DNA from: Wolbachia endosymbiont strain TRS of Brugia malayi
GTDB lineage: Bacteria > Pseudomonadota > Alphaproteobacteria > Rickettsiales > Anaplasmataceae
NCBI RefSeq assembly: GCF_000008385.1
Contig: NC_006833.1
Span: forward strand, 120,001 to 152,000
Reading direction: 5' to 3'
DNA length: 32,000 bases
Within the stretch, counting starts at the first letter, position 1. Each line of letters begins with the position of its first letter. This document shows positions 9,837-18,975 of this stretch, piece after piece. Under the pieces are notes generated by a model. It was not told the origin of the DNA. It did not search any database and saw only the letters and a list, made by a program, of their open reading frames with translations. The position numbers and the translations under genes are program-made.

Positions 9837-10190
9837 TTAATCATTTATAACCTTTGGCACTACAAAATACCCATGCTCAGATTTTGTATTAGATAGTATC
9901 TCCTCTTTCATGCTCTGGAAATTGACAACGTCGTCGCGTACGTGAATATCCTTATCTATACTGCCATAGCGTATAGGGGAAACGTCTTTAGTATTAACTC
10001 GCAATAAAATGTCATGTATCCAATCTAACATTGTCAGTTCTTTGGAGTAATGCTCTATTTCGTCATTTGATAACTTAATTCTTACAAGCTGTGCGATTTT
10101 AAGCATTTCTTCCCTAGTGATTGTTACTTTTCTCTTATTTACAAATTCTATTAGCGAAGTGATGACATCTTCTGCTGACCTAGCTGGCAT
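9837..10190 (-). CDS. gatC: Asp/Glu-tRNA amidotransferase subunit C
   Basis: ITREEMLKIAQLVRIKLSNDEIEHYSKEL..LDWI...VRDDVV....EEILSN......GYFVVPKVI matches the GatC pattern. The longest ORF overlaps the end of prs by 11 nt, so the real start may be further downstream. Confidence 0.8.
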   Translation of the reverse strand: MPARSAEDVITSLIEFVNKRKVTITREEMLKIAQLVRIKLSNDEIEHYSKELTMLDWIHDILLRVNTKDVSPIRYGSIDKDIHVRDDVVNFQSMKEEILSNTKSEHGYFVVPKVIND

Positions 10191-11106
10191 CTTTACCTCC
10201 TTGAATGAAATGAGTCAAAATATTTGCAATTGAAACAATTTCTATTTTATCAGTCTTTTCAAGCTTGTGAAATATGGTATCTGTAGTCACTAATTTATCT
10301 AGAGAAGAGGAAGAGATTTTTTCAATTGCATTCCCTGAAAGTACGCCATGTGTTATGCATGAAATTACAGACCTTGCTCTACGATTTTTTAAAGCGAGAG
10401 CTGCATTACATAATGTTCCACCGGAGTCGACTATATCATCAACAATGACACAATTTTTATTTGTGGCTTCTCCTATTACATTCATTACATGAGATGTGCC
10501 TGCTTTCTCCCTATATTTATCTATTATGATAATCTTATCACTCAATTTTATCTCGTACTTTTTCTCTAAAGTCTTTGCAAAAGCACGTGCTCTACCGATT
10601 GCTCCAACATCAGGTGCAACTATTGCCAAGTTTTCTATATGTATAGAGTCAGCGAATGCTTCAAAACAACTCAAATTAGTTAGTGGTACATCAAAAAACC
10701 CTTCAATTTGACTTGAATGCAAATCAATGACTGCAACACTGCTTGCACCTGCAGTCTGAATAAGATTTGCGACTAATTTGGCGTTTAAAGCAGATTGCAT
10801 GTTGTTGTTTTTAATGATTCTGTCCTGCCTACTATACCCATAGTAGGGAATAATTGTCGTAATTCTTTTAGTTCCTGACCTCTTTACTGCATCAATTATG
10901 AACAGAAGCTCCATAAGATGGTCGTTCACAGGGGGAGAAATGGACTGTATTATATATACCTCTTGACTGCAGAGGTTACTTTCCACTTCCGCATTTATCG
11001 CACCATCGGCAAACTTTGATACCTGAGCGGAAAATGGCTGAACATTCAGCTTGTTAGCTATTAATTTTCCTAGCTCTTTACTAGCATTACCTATTATTAT
11101 CTTCAT
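10180..11106 (-). CDS. prs: Ribose-phosphate pyrophosphokinase
   Basis: 308 aa with IIPYYGYSRQDR, DLHSSQIEGFF and the PRPP-binding loop CVIVDDIVDSGGT. Confidence 0.92.
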   Translation of the reverse strand: MKIIIGNASKELGKLIANKLNVQPFSAQVSKFADGAINAEVESNLCSQEVYIIQSISPPVNDHLMELLFIIDAVKRSGTKRITTIIPYYGYSRQDRIIKNNNMQSALNAKLVANLIQTAGASSVAVIDLHSSQIEGFFDVPLTNLSCFEAFADSIHIENLAIVAPDVGAIGRARAFAKTLEKKYEIKLSDKIIIIDKYREKAGTSHVMNVIGEATNKNCVIVDDIVDSGGTLCNAALALKNRRARSVISCITHGVLSGNAIEKISSSSLDKLVTTDTIFHKLEKTDKIEIVSIANILTHFIQGGKDAS

Positions 11107-11231
11107 AATATACCAATTAAACTTGTAAGATTATACAGAAATTATGAGATGATAGAAATTGAGTTTCTTTATTTTAACGTTCTTGTCAATGAATTAGTTG
11201 CATAGCTGTCGATCGTTCAGTAACTCACACA

Positions 11232-11700
11232 GAAATGCAAAAACTACTTGACAAACCTCGCTAGCCCCCTTATCCCGATACTGGAGGTATTAAGTTACCT
11301 TCAATCTGTGCAGATTAAAATAATAAAGTGTTATATAGTTAGCATCTTATGTTTAATTTTTTGCACTATATGTACCTTATGTCTTCACAATATTTCTAAT
11401 TTTTTACCTATATAAGTTGAAACTCGCTTATAAAGCGTTTAGGACAGTATAATATACTAATTTGCAGGATTAGAGAGTAAATACTATCACCATAATATAT
11501 CTTTTGCCTTTTTTTTGCCTAGTAAATTTCTAAAACATTTATGACTAAAGGTTAGTTGCAATAAAAAACAACTAAGTCGCGATTACTAAGTATTTAAAAC
11601 ATAAAAAAACGCTAGTGTTTTTAAATAGATATTAACTAGGGCTTCTTTTGTCTTTTTCTTACTTGGTGGATTTCTTAAATATTTGTAGCTGAAGCAACTT
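11232..11700 (+). repeat. Copy 2 of the modular dispersed repeat (A module plus B-C-B units)
   Basis: GCAAAAACTAC-TTGACA (11248-11253), 17 bp, then TATCCC (11271-11276). B units lie at about 11500-11575 and 11640-11698. Same subfamily as copies 1 and 4. Confidence 0.85.
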
Positions 11701-11723
11701 ATGAGCAAACGAAAATGGTACAA

Positions 11724-11744
11724 TTCCAGCGCGCGACGCTGGAA
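11724..11744. repeat. Short GC-rich hairpin element (TTCCAGCG-CGCGA-CGCTGGAA)
   Basis: Perfect 8-bp stem in an otherwise AT-rich context. The CCAG(C/T)G...C(G/A)CTGG core recurs at 16130-16155, 25726-25766 and 27199-27225. Confidence 0.6.
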
Positions 11745-12147
11745 TAGCTTTGTTGCATAGCACACGAAAAAAATATGGTGGTTATCGACAAAATTCATTA
11801 TAAGATGGCCACTTAACCACTTAACAAAAAACATGCCAGTAAAATGAAAGTCAGCAACCAAAATGAATACAATAAATTCCTCAAAGAGAGGAGAAATATT
11901 TTCTGTTTTATCAGATGAAGCAATTGACAATTGATATGAACAAAAGTGCAAGGTGGTAACTATGTTTACAGTGATAAAGTCAGTAGGAATTGGTATTAGT
12001 AATAAATTAGTAAAGTCATATTAAAATGTGACTGAAATTTGACTTAAAAATTTTTTAATACTTAATAGGTAACTCATATTCATAAATAACAAGGAACCCA
12101 TTTTATGCACTACAAGCTGAAGCAGAAAATTTCTCATTTGACAAGTA

Positions 12148-12929
12148 GTGACTGATAAAAAAGATAATGCTAAAGCAAATTCTGGTAAGATAATGTACCC
12201 AAACTTTTTTGAAATAGACTTTATTATCAACGAAAAGGAAATAGATTGTAATGTGACTCGCATGTTAATTGAAAAAGCTAAGAAAGGTCATAAATTTGGT
12301 GAAACATGGGAAGATTATTATAGATCAATTTCTGATAATAAAAGAATTAGCATATACAAAAATGTTTGAGTATGCTGATCATTATGGGATAGTACCTAAT
12401 GAGACCATTACAGGGGAATTAATCACTAATTGTAATGACGCTGGTATTTTAATAGACTAATTTTTAGCGATTCACTTAAAACTCGGTTTGGGTTACGACT
12501 TTATGATTGCAAGAAAATGGTAAATATTCATTATGATGGTACTAATGTTATAGCAGTGAGATCCAAAATCGTAGCAGATGTAGAAGACCTTAATCCATCA
12601 GAAGTGCTTAATCAAGAAAAGAAATGGGTAGTCAGTTAGATGATTCACTTGAATCTGTGCTTGAAGCCAAAGTTAATGAAAACACAAGCGATATAAGAAT
12701 ATAGAATGGCAAACTATTGCTCATTGTTCCTAAAGAAATGAGGGATTACACTATAGGAAGTGGCAGAAGTTTGCTCGATATTATTACTGAGTATTTCCAA
12801 GAATTATGTGAAAAATCAGGATTTATTAAGAAGGAATATAGAATAGAACGTAATGTTGATAATACTTTCGTGCTAGATAGAAGAGTAAATGAACCTGCTG
12901 TTACTAATAACAGAAAAGAAATAAGCTGA
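12148..12929 (+). pseudogene. Decayed gene of unknown function (ORF fragments in three frames)
   Basis: Adjacent + strand fragments (12148-12369, 12269-12460, about 12520-12640 and 12717-12929) read on from one another after frameshifts. I recognise no motif. Confidence 0.3.
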
Positions 12930-13034
12930 GTGTAGCGAGTAGAAGACTTTTTAATAACAGCTCTGGATTAGAAGGAGAATATTTAAAGATAGGAAAAGTA
13001 TCTATTCTACGCTGAACAGATAACTTGAAGAAAA

Positions 13035-14178
13035 CTAATTTTTAATTTGCGATATAGCAACCAGCCCAATTAATGCACAAAAAATCATACAAAAACTAGC
13101 TGAAGTCTCTTGTCCTGTAACCCCTTGATAACTGTTGTGCATATGAATGGTGTACCAATAATCCATCAGATATATTTCTTGATAAACTAAATCCGCTGTA
13201 CTGCACCTTTGTTGGAAATAATCGCACATAAGTGCACCGACAGGATCAAGCAATGCGGCTATTGGGATTATAAAAGAATGTGTACCATTATAATCAGCAA
13301 ATCATTACCACTTAATATTATTGAAAAAACTGGATAACTTGCTATTTACAAAAGTTATGAATACAAATTTCATGACTTTTTCTCTTCCTATCTTGTCGAA
13401 AGTATTGCAACTAATATAGTTAATCCTCCGAACGCAATTTGGCTCAGTATTTTTACTATATGGGTAAGAATGAGTATTTATTGTTAATGTAAGCACATTG
13501 AAAAATACTAGGTACATGTAAAGGGACGAATTTTCAACTATGTCGACCCCTATTGATACCAGAAAAGTTTTTTATAGCAATTCAATAGTTCTTTTAATGG
13601 TAATTCAGGTGGATTTTTCTGCTTTTTATACTCTGGGCTCTCATCAAGTATATACCTTGGTATTATGCTGATTAATCCCACTACTAAATTAAAACTAAAA
13701 GGTAACCTCCATTCCCAAGATTTGAAATCAGATACTTTTTTGCATATGAGTACTGCTATAAGACTCAGGATTGACCCAAGAATTGCGCTTAATACTTCAA
13801 TACTGCCAAAGAATTTCTTCTTGTTTTTAGGAGCATGCTCTAAAAATGGAATATTTCCTGCCTCTCTTCCAAAAGATATACCCTGCAATAACCTTAAACA
13901 TACCACCAGTATTGATGGCAAGTATTCCGAGATTTTGATACCATGGCATAAAAGCAATTAATACGGTTGATAGAGTCATCAATATAATTGAGAGCAATAG
14001 GGTAAACTTTCTTCTATGTTTATTGGCCAATATGGCTAAACATAGCAGCACCGGTTGTCCCATCAGGGGAAACCCACTACAAATATTCCAAAAGCCTTTG
14101 GTAGGCTAACCAACTGATCGCATAATGAAAAAAATATCGCCGATTATGTTTACTAGATGACCAAAAAGCATGTGACAT
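13035..14178 (-). pseudogene. MFS transporter (ProP/proline-betaine type) pseudogene
   Basis: Reverse-strand fragments: SGFPLMGQPVLLCLAILANKHRRKFTLLLS (compare RPxGxxxFGxxGDxxGRK), LRLLQGISFGREAGNIPFLEHAPKNKK (compare RxxQGxSxGGE....E.AP...RG), and WEWRLPF...ESPEY. They are split over at least four frames. Confidence 0.75.
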
Positions 14179-14456
14179 ACCACAGTACAGTGTTACAAAT
14201 TAAACTTGATAATATTACTTTTGTAATTTACCACACAATTTTCTACATTCAGAATGTGAAGGGTAGGATAAAATAAATTAGGAGATTTTTCTACTGATTA
14301 CATATAACTAAAAGGAGGTGAGAGTTTTGAGTCTTTTTGCATAATTACAAACCATAACAAAGTCGTAGATTTTGAATTGCTGATGCGACTGACTTCCTAA
14401 CCGTAGCACCTTTTAAAGTTTTGTTCATATGCTCAACTTGCTAAAGGCAAGAAAAT

Positions 14457-14485
14457 TTGACATCTCTCGATATTCTGGCATAATT
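14457..14485 (+). promoter_or_regulatory. sigma70-like promoter candidate (TTGACA - 16/17 bp - CATAAT/ATAATT)
   Basis: TTGACA lies at 14457-14462 and CATAAT at 14479-14484. An ATG at 14490 opens a short frame that stops after 16 codons. Confidence 0.35.
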
Positions 14486-14489
14486 ATAT

Positions 14490-15130
14490 ATGCAGAAAAA
14501 ATCTGAAAAATTTTTGTCTAGTACAGTTTTTTTAAAGTAGAATATTTTCCAAATATAAAGAAAGATTTGTATCTAATAAACAGATAAATTTAATGAATAT
14601 CATTGAATCTGACAAACAAATGTTTCAAGACTATTAGAGCATTTGATAGTATTGAGAAAAGAGATTACTAGTAGATAATTTAATCAAGAAAGTTAAGGAT
14701 ATAGTATTGCTTCAGATGGAATAAATTATCAGGAACGGGTGCAGGAAGTAAGCAACAGTTTTGATGAAATAAAAGTTTTTATAGAGCAGAAAAAAGAAAT
14801 ACTAAAATATATTGTGTCTTGGCTTAAAGAAGATAAACAAGAGAATTTCTTAAAAGAGTTTGAACAAATACAAATAGATTTCTCAGAAAAAGCAAAAAGA
14901 TTAACTTCTTTAGCAATGAAAAAGCTAAAAATATTAACTATAGCAGACCTAAATCTAGCAGTAATAAGTCAAAATCAGTATATGAAAATATCTTATAAGT
15001 CTGTTATAAGTCGAAATTCTGTACATATTATGCTAATAAAGAAAAATTCAGATAATAGTTTTGCATTTTATGATCCTAATTTATGGTGCAGTTTTTGACC
15101 TAACAGAAGAACAGCTATGTGAGGTTATAA
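14490..15130 (+). pseudogene. Decayed hypothetical gene; the C-terminal part has a His...(F/Y)YDPN.G motif resembling papain-fold (YopT/C58-like) proteases
   Basis: The longest piece (14739-15098) ends in ...SVHIMLIKKNSDNSFAFYDPNLWCSF*. A 1-nt shift continues as YDPNLGAVFDLTEEQLCEVITQSFYGY. The upstream part is broken by several stops. The family assignment rests on this motif only. Confidence 0.3.
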
Positions 15131-15789
15131 CTCAATCATTTTATGGCTACTAAGAATGAGCAAATTATATATTGTCGAGCTGTTTATCTTATTTACCTCA
15201 GTTGTTGCTAGAATTGTTGTAGCAGTATATGGTTATAATCCAGCGTATCGCTTATAATTTGTTTAGTAGATTTGTCAATTTTGTGTTGCTTAAACGAAAA
15301 ATTAATGCCGCAAATGTATAACACTATTATATAAGCTGATAGTATAACAGCTTTTCGTAGAGAGCATGAGGCTGAATTGGAAAATCTTATAGATAAGTAT
15401 TGCGGTAATGATAGCAAATCAAAGGATGTAGCTATTATAATCGACCCACAAGTAAAAAGTATAACTGAGGAAAATTTAATTTTGGACAACGTTCATAACT
15501 TATATGCGTCGAGTTAACCCATAACTCCTTTTTCGGTGGTATGATCTTCTCATTTATTATACCATCACACTCAGGGACTATACATCACGGTTTGTTTTAT
15601 ATCATAATGGTATGTTTTATTTTTCCAAATATGGAAAGAAAATGTGAGCATGACATAAATATTATATTAATAACAATATTTTATTAAATCTTAATATTTT
15701 TATATTATTGCCCATGTATTTCTATAGTATACTATACTTAAGTAAAAAAGTTATTTTTATATATATACAAAATCTTTCAATAGAACGCT

Positions 15790-16791
15790 ATGGCACATAT
15801 TCCAGTCTTATTAAAAGAGATGCTATTACAACTTTCACCACAAAATGGTGGTATATATGTGGATGCTACATTTGGAGCTGGAGGATATAGCAAAGCAATA
15901 CTGGAATCAGCTGATTGCAAAGTGTATGCGATTGATAGAGATAAAACTGTTATTAAATTTTATGAGGATTTAAATATTAAGTACCCCAGTAGAGTAAAGC
16001 TATTTATTGAAAAATTTAGCAATATAAGAAGTATATTAGATAGTAATAGCCTTGAATACCTTGTAGAGCCCTCTGCTGTCTCAAAACTCTCTTCCATTAT
16101 CTCATCTGGGATTCAGAAAAAAAATATATGGATCTCAGCGTCAAGCACTGGAGTGACACCAAGTAATACTGTAGATGGAGTTGTATTTGACATAGGAGTT
16201 TCATCTATGCAGCTTGATGACGGAGATAGAGGATTCTCATTTTTACATGATGGTCCACTTGACATGAGAATGGATAACTCTTCTCATACAAACGCTTCAA
16301 CATTTGTTAACGCTTTACGCGAAGAAGAAATTGCAAACACTATATATAACTATGGAGGCGAGCGTCATTCTCGTAGAATTGCAAGAGCAATAGTAAACGC
16401 ACGGAAGAAAAAAACTATCAAAACTACATTTGAGCTTGCAAATATTGTGCGTTCTGTAGTGTTTCGTGGAAAAAGTAAAATTGATCCTGCAACTAGGACA
16501 TTTCAGGCAATTAGAATATGGGTAAATGACGAACTGGGAGAACTTGAAAAGGGCATTAAAGCAGCATCTGAAATTTTAAATAAGAATGGCAAGTTAATAG
16601 TTGTCACTTTTCATTCTTTGGAAGACCGTATAGTCAAAACTTTTTTTAAAAGTTTATGTGAGCCAAGATCTATCGATTGTAAGGTATTCTCTCTCCTAAA
16701 TAAAAAAATGATCAAAGCAAGCGCAGAAGAAGTAAATGCAAATCCACGTTCGCGTTCAGCAAAGCTAAGAGCTATACAGAGGTTATCGTGA
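15790..16791 (+). CDS. rsmH: 16S rRNA (cytosine1402-N4)-methyltransferase RsmH (MraW)
   Basis: 333 aa with HIPVLL, DATFGAGGYS, DIGVSSMQLDDGDRGFSF, FHSLEDRIVK and NPRSRSAKLR. It carries about 36 extra residues between the FSNI and VDGVVFDIGVSS blocks. Confidence 0.9.
   Translation: MAHIPVLLKEMLLQLSPQNGGIYVDATFGAGGYSKAILESADCKVYAIDRDKTVIKFYEDLNIKYPSRVKLFIEKFSNIRSILDSNSLEYLVEPSAVSKLSSIISSGIQKKNIWISASSTGVTPSNTVDGVVFDIGVSSMQLDDGDRGFSFLHDGPLDMRMDNSSHTNASTFVNALREEEIANTIYNYGGERHSRRIARAIVNARKKKTIKTTFELANIVRSVVFRGKSKIDPATRTFQAIRIWVNDELGELEKGIKAASEILNKNGKLIVVTFHSLEDRIVKTFFKSLCEPRSIDCKVFSLLNKKMIKASAEEVNANPRSRSAKLRAIQRLS
16051..16165 (+). repeat. Palindromic hairpin-type element inserted in frame inside rsmH
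   Basis: The segment ...CATCTGGGATTCAG-AAAAAAAATATAT-GGATCTCAGCGTCAAGCACTGGAGTGACA... encodes the extra LVEPSAVSKLSSIISSGIQKKNIWISASSTGVTPS stretch. It shares TGGGATTCA and CCAG(C/T)G..C(A/G)CTGG cores with 25726-25766, 11724-11744 and 27199-27225. Confidence 0.6.
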
Positions 16792-17081
16792 GAATTTTCT
16801 GTATTATCTTAATAATTATGTTTTTTTAATATTATAGACCTGTTTAAGGTAAAATTACATGTTCAGTCATTAAATAAAGAGCTAATAGAAATAAGAAGTG
16901 AGATTAGTTTGGTGTGTAAAGCGATATAAGAGTTCTACAAGCAGAATGGAGCTATTTGAATAATCTGAAAAGGCTTGTAAAGCTTATGAAGAAATATTTG
17001 AGAGATAACTCTTTAGTGTTAGCTGGTTAGATTAAAAACCTTGACGCTATAAATGGTCGCAGTGTATCAGCCACAACTTAA
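16788..17081 (+). pseudogene. ftsL: Cell-division protein FtsL-like pseudogene
   Basis: A GTG at 16788 overlaps the rsmH TGA (GTGA). It reads MRIFCIILIIMFF*, then after the 7-T run (16821-16827) NIIDLFKVKLHVQSLNKELIEIRSEISLV, then after a second shift DIRVLQAEWSYLNNLKRLVKLMKKYL...LAG*IKNL. The AEWsYLnnP.RL block is the alphaproteobacterial FtsL signature. In-frame TAG at 17028-17030. Confidence 0.6.
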
Positions 17082-17179
17082 AAACCCAGGTTGATGATTT
17101 TGCGACTCTCTGCTTAAATGTAGAGCAAGTTTTTCAGCATAACCTTAATTTTTTTATATATTTTACTTCTTTGCACTTA

Positions 17180-18366
17180 CTACGTAGCTCTTTTAGTGAA
17201 GCAACAAAAATTTGCAAAAATTTTTATAATTTTTTTGATGTCTTTTGTGCTATTAGCTTTGCTGATAGACATATCTATTGCAGTGTAGCCATCATTGCAC
17301 TTAATGCTCAGGTTTGCTCCCTTTTCTATTAGCAGTTAAGCTATATCAAAAAATCTCCTTAAACAGCAAGATGTAGAGGCATATAACCCTGCTGCTCACA
17401 AATATTCATATTGGCTTTAATTTTCAATAACATTTTTACAACTTTTGTATGGTCTTTTTTAACTGCTAAGTGTAAAGGGACTCTGTTACATCTACTGACA
17501 GCATTGATCTACTTTAAGCTTCAATAGGAACTTAACTGCTTTAGTGTTACCACTATAGCTAGCCTTATGTAACCTGGTGTCATCATTAAAATCTTGATCA
17601 TTTGTTTCTATTCTCTTTGAAACAAGAAATATTACCATCCTCTTAATTATTATGCTCAATAGCATAATCTAATGCATCAAAACCATGATTGTTTTTTGTA
17701 CAAATAAATCCTTTAAAGTTAGCTTTTGCTTGCTGTTTCTTTACAATGGGCTTAAGTATTTGCATTTTATTGTTATATCCTGCTAGGAAAAGCGTAGTAT
17801 TATTTTTGTATCTTTTGCTTCTATGTTTGCACCTCTTTTTATCAGATATTCTATAATTTCTGCTCTACTTTCGTAATACGCAATGCATTGATAAATAGTC
17901 AAAAATAAAGGAGTGCGGAAATTATTATCTTCACATTCAAGATTTGCTTCCCTATCAATTAAAGTTTGAACACTTTTTTTAGAAACGCATAGTGAAGCTA
18001 TATAAAGAGGAGTATAGCCTTCTTAGGCATCTTTTTCATTGATTTTTGCGTCTTTTCTATCAAAAAACTTATTAATTCTGTATCATCTTGTAGTGCGCGA
18101 AGTAAATCCATTTTTATCCTTAGAATTAATTGTAAGTTGATTAACAAGGAGTTTATCAATTTTCTTGTGCCCATGCATAATGGTATGGATTTCTATTTTC
18201 ATAGTCTATTACATTAAAATCTGCTTCGTGCTCTAATAATGATTTTACTTTAATTACATCACCTTCTTTTGCAAATTTACGCAAAAGAGTGATTTCATTT
18301 GCATCTTTTTAGTTAATAATCAAATCTACTTTTCACTAATTGGTTTATATCTTCCTCATGTGCCAT
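17180..18366 (-). pseudogene. Ankyrin-repeat protein pseudogene
   Basis: The reverse strand shows repeated ANK units (GYTPLYIAS, RTPLFL...IEYLIKRGANIEAKD, PLHLAVKKDHTKVVKMLLKIKANMNI, GYMPLHLAV, LLIEKGANLSIKCNDGYTAIDM) broken by many stops and frameshifts. The ATG is at 18366. Confidence 0.8.
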
Positions 18367-18499
18367 ATTACTTAAATCTCCAAACTCTTTTCCTTATTAA
18401 TAGTACTCCTACTTAATTGAGTTTAGATGAATCTGTGAGAAATATATCATAGCTGAGATATTGCACATGGTTGTACGAGTGCCCTTCGCCAAAGCGAGG

Positions 18500-18975
18500 G
18501 TATTTTCAAGTAAGCTGGCCAACATCTAGGTTCTTTAGCAAAAAAAATGGATTAAATGCAAAAATACTTGATAAACTTTGCCAGTCTCCTTATCATAGTA
18601 AGCTTAATTATTTATCTTTTCTATACAGGTTAAGTAACAAAAAACTTAATGTATTTAGTATTTCGCATTTAATTTTCTGCACTATGTGCACTTTATGTTT
18701 TTTATATTGTTATCTATTACCAACTAGTACTGTAAATTGCGCTTGCTAAAAAACGCCAACTGATAAAATGATAGTGAACAACTAACTGTTCTAGGTCTTT
18801 TTTTCTATCAGTAAGTTTCTTAATATTTATAATTTAGATTAATTGCAGCTCAAAAGCAACCTAGTCATGATTATTAAGTGTTTAGAATAAAAAAACGCCA
18901 TATTTAAAAATTAAATATAAATAAGTAGTCACTCACTAGGTTTTTTTTACCTTTTTTCTACTTATTAAATTTCTT
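18500..18975 (+). repeat. Copy 3 of the modular dispersed repeat (A module plus B-C-B units; last B truncated by an IS)
   Basis: Collinear with the reverse complement of 25812-26300 (same subfamily). The last B unit stops at AAATTTCTT, exactly where the IS inverted repeat begins. Confidence 0.85.
18568..18596 (+). promoter_or_regulatory. Best-preserved promoter-like box of the repeat family (TTGATA - 17 bp - TATCAT, preceded by an A-tract)
   Basis: GCAAAAATAC-TTGATA (18568-18573), then AACTTTGCCAGTCTCCT, then TATCAT (18591-18596). The equivalent box sits at the same place in all five copies. Confidence 0.45.

Noticed and set aside
9837-10190. The gatC ORF extends about 20 codons upstream of the conserved ITREE start region and overlaps prs, which could hint at a fused or extended GatC.
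   Set aside because: The extension has no conserved features. This is most simply an over-long ORF call or ordinary 11-nt gene overlap in a compact operon.
11586-11951. 121-aa ORF on the minus strand.
   Set aside because: It overlaps a B unit of repeat copy 2 and the 11724-11744 hairpin. It has no recognisable motif and a composition typical of antisense AT-rich DNA.
15208-15489. 93-aa hydrophobic ORF on the minus strand upstream of rsmH.
   Set aside because: It has no start context and no motif. It lies in the decayed tail of the 14490-15130 relic region and cannot be supported as a gene from sequence alone.
16821-16827. The T7 run at the first ftsL frameshift could be a programmed or slippage-corrected frameshift site.
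   Set aside because: Two further independent lesions (a second frameshift and an in-frame TAG) follow. Slippage at the T-run alone cannot restore a full-length product.
18471-18749. ORFs 18471-18749 (+) and 26090-26290 (-) share the peptide string S(H/Y)LIFCTMCT, which suggests a conserved small protein encoded by the repeat.
   Set aside because: The similarity is at nucleotide level within one repeat subfamily. The other three copies carry indels that destroy the frame at the same place, and there is no RBS or consistent start. These are treated as chance ORFs in a non-coding repeat.
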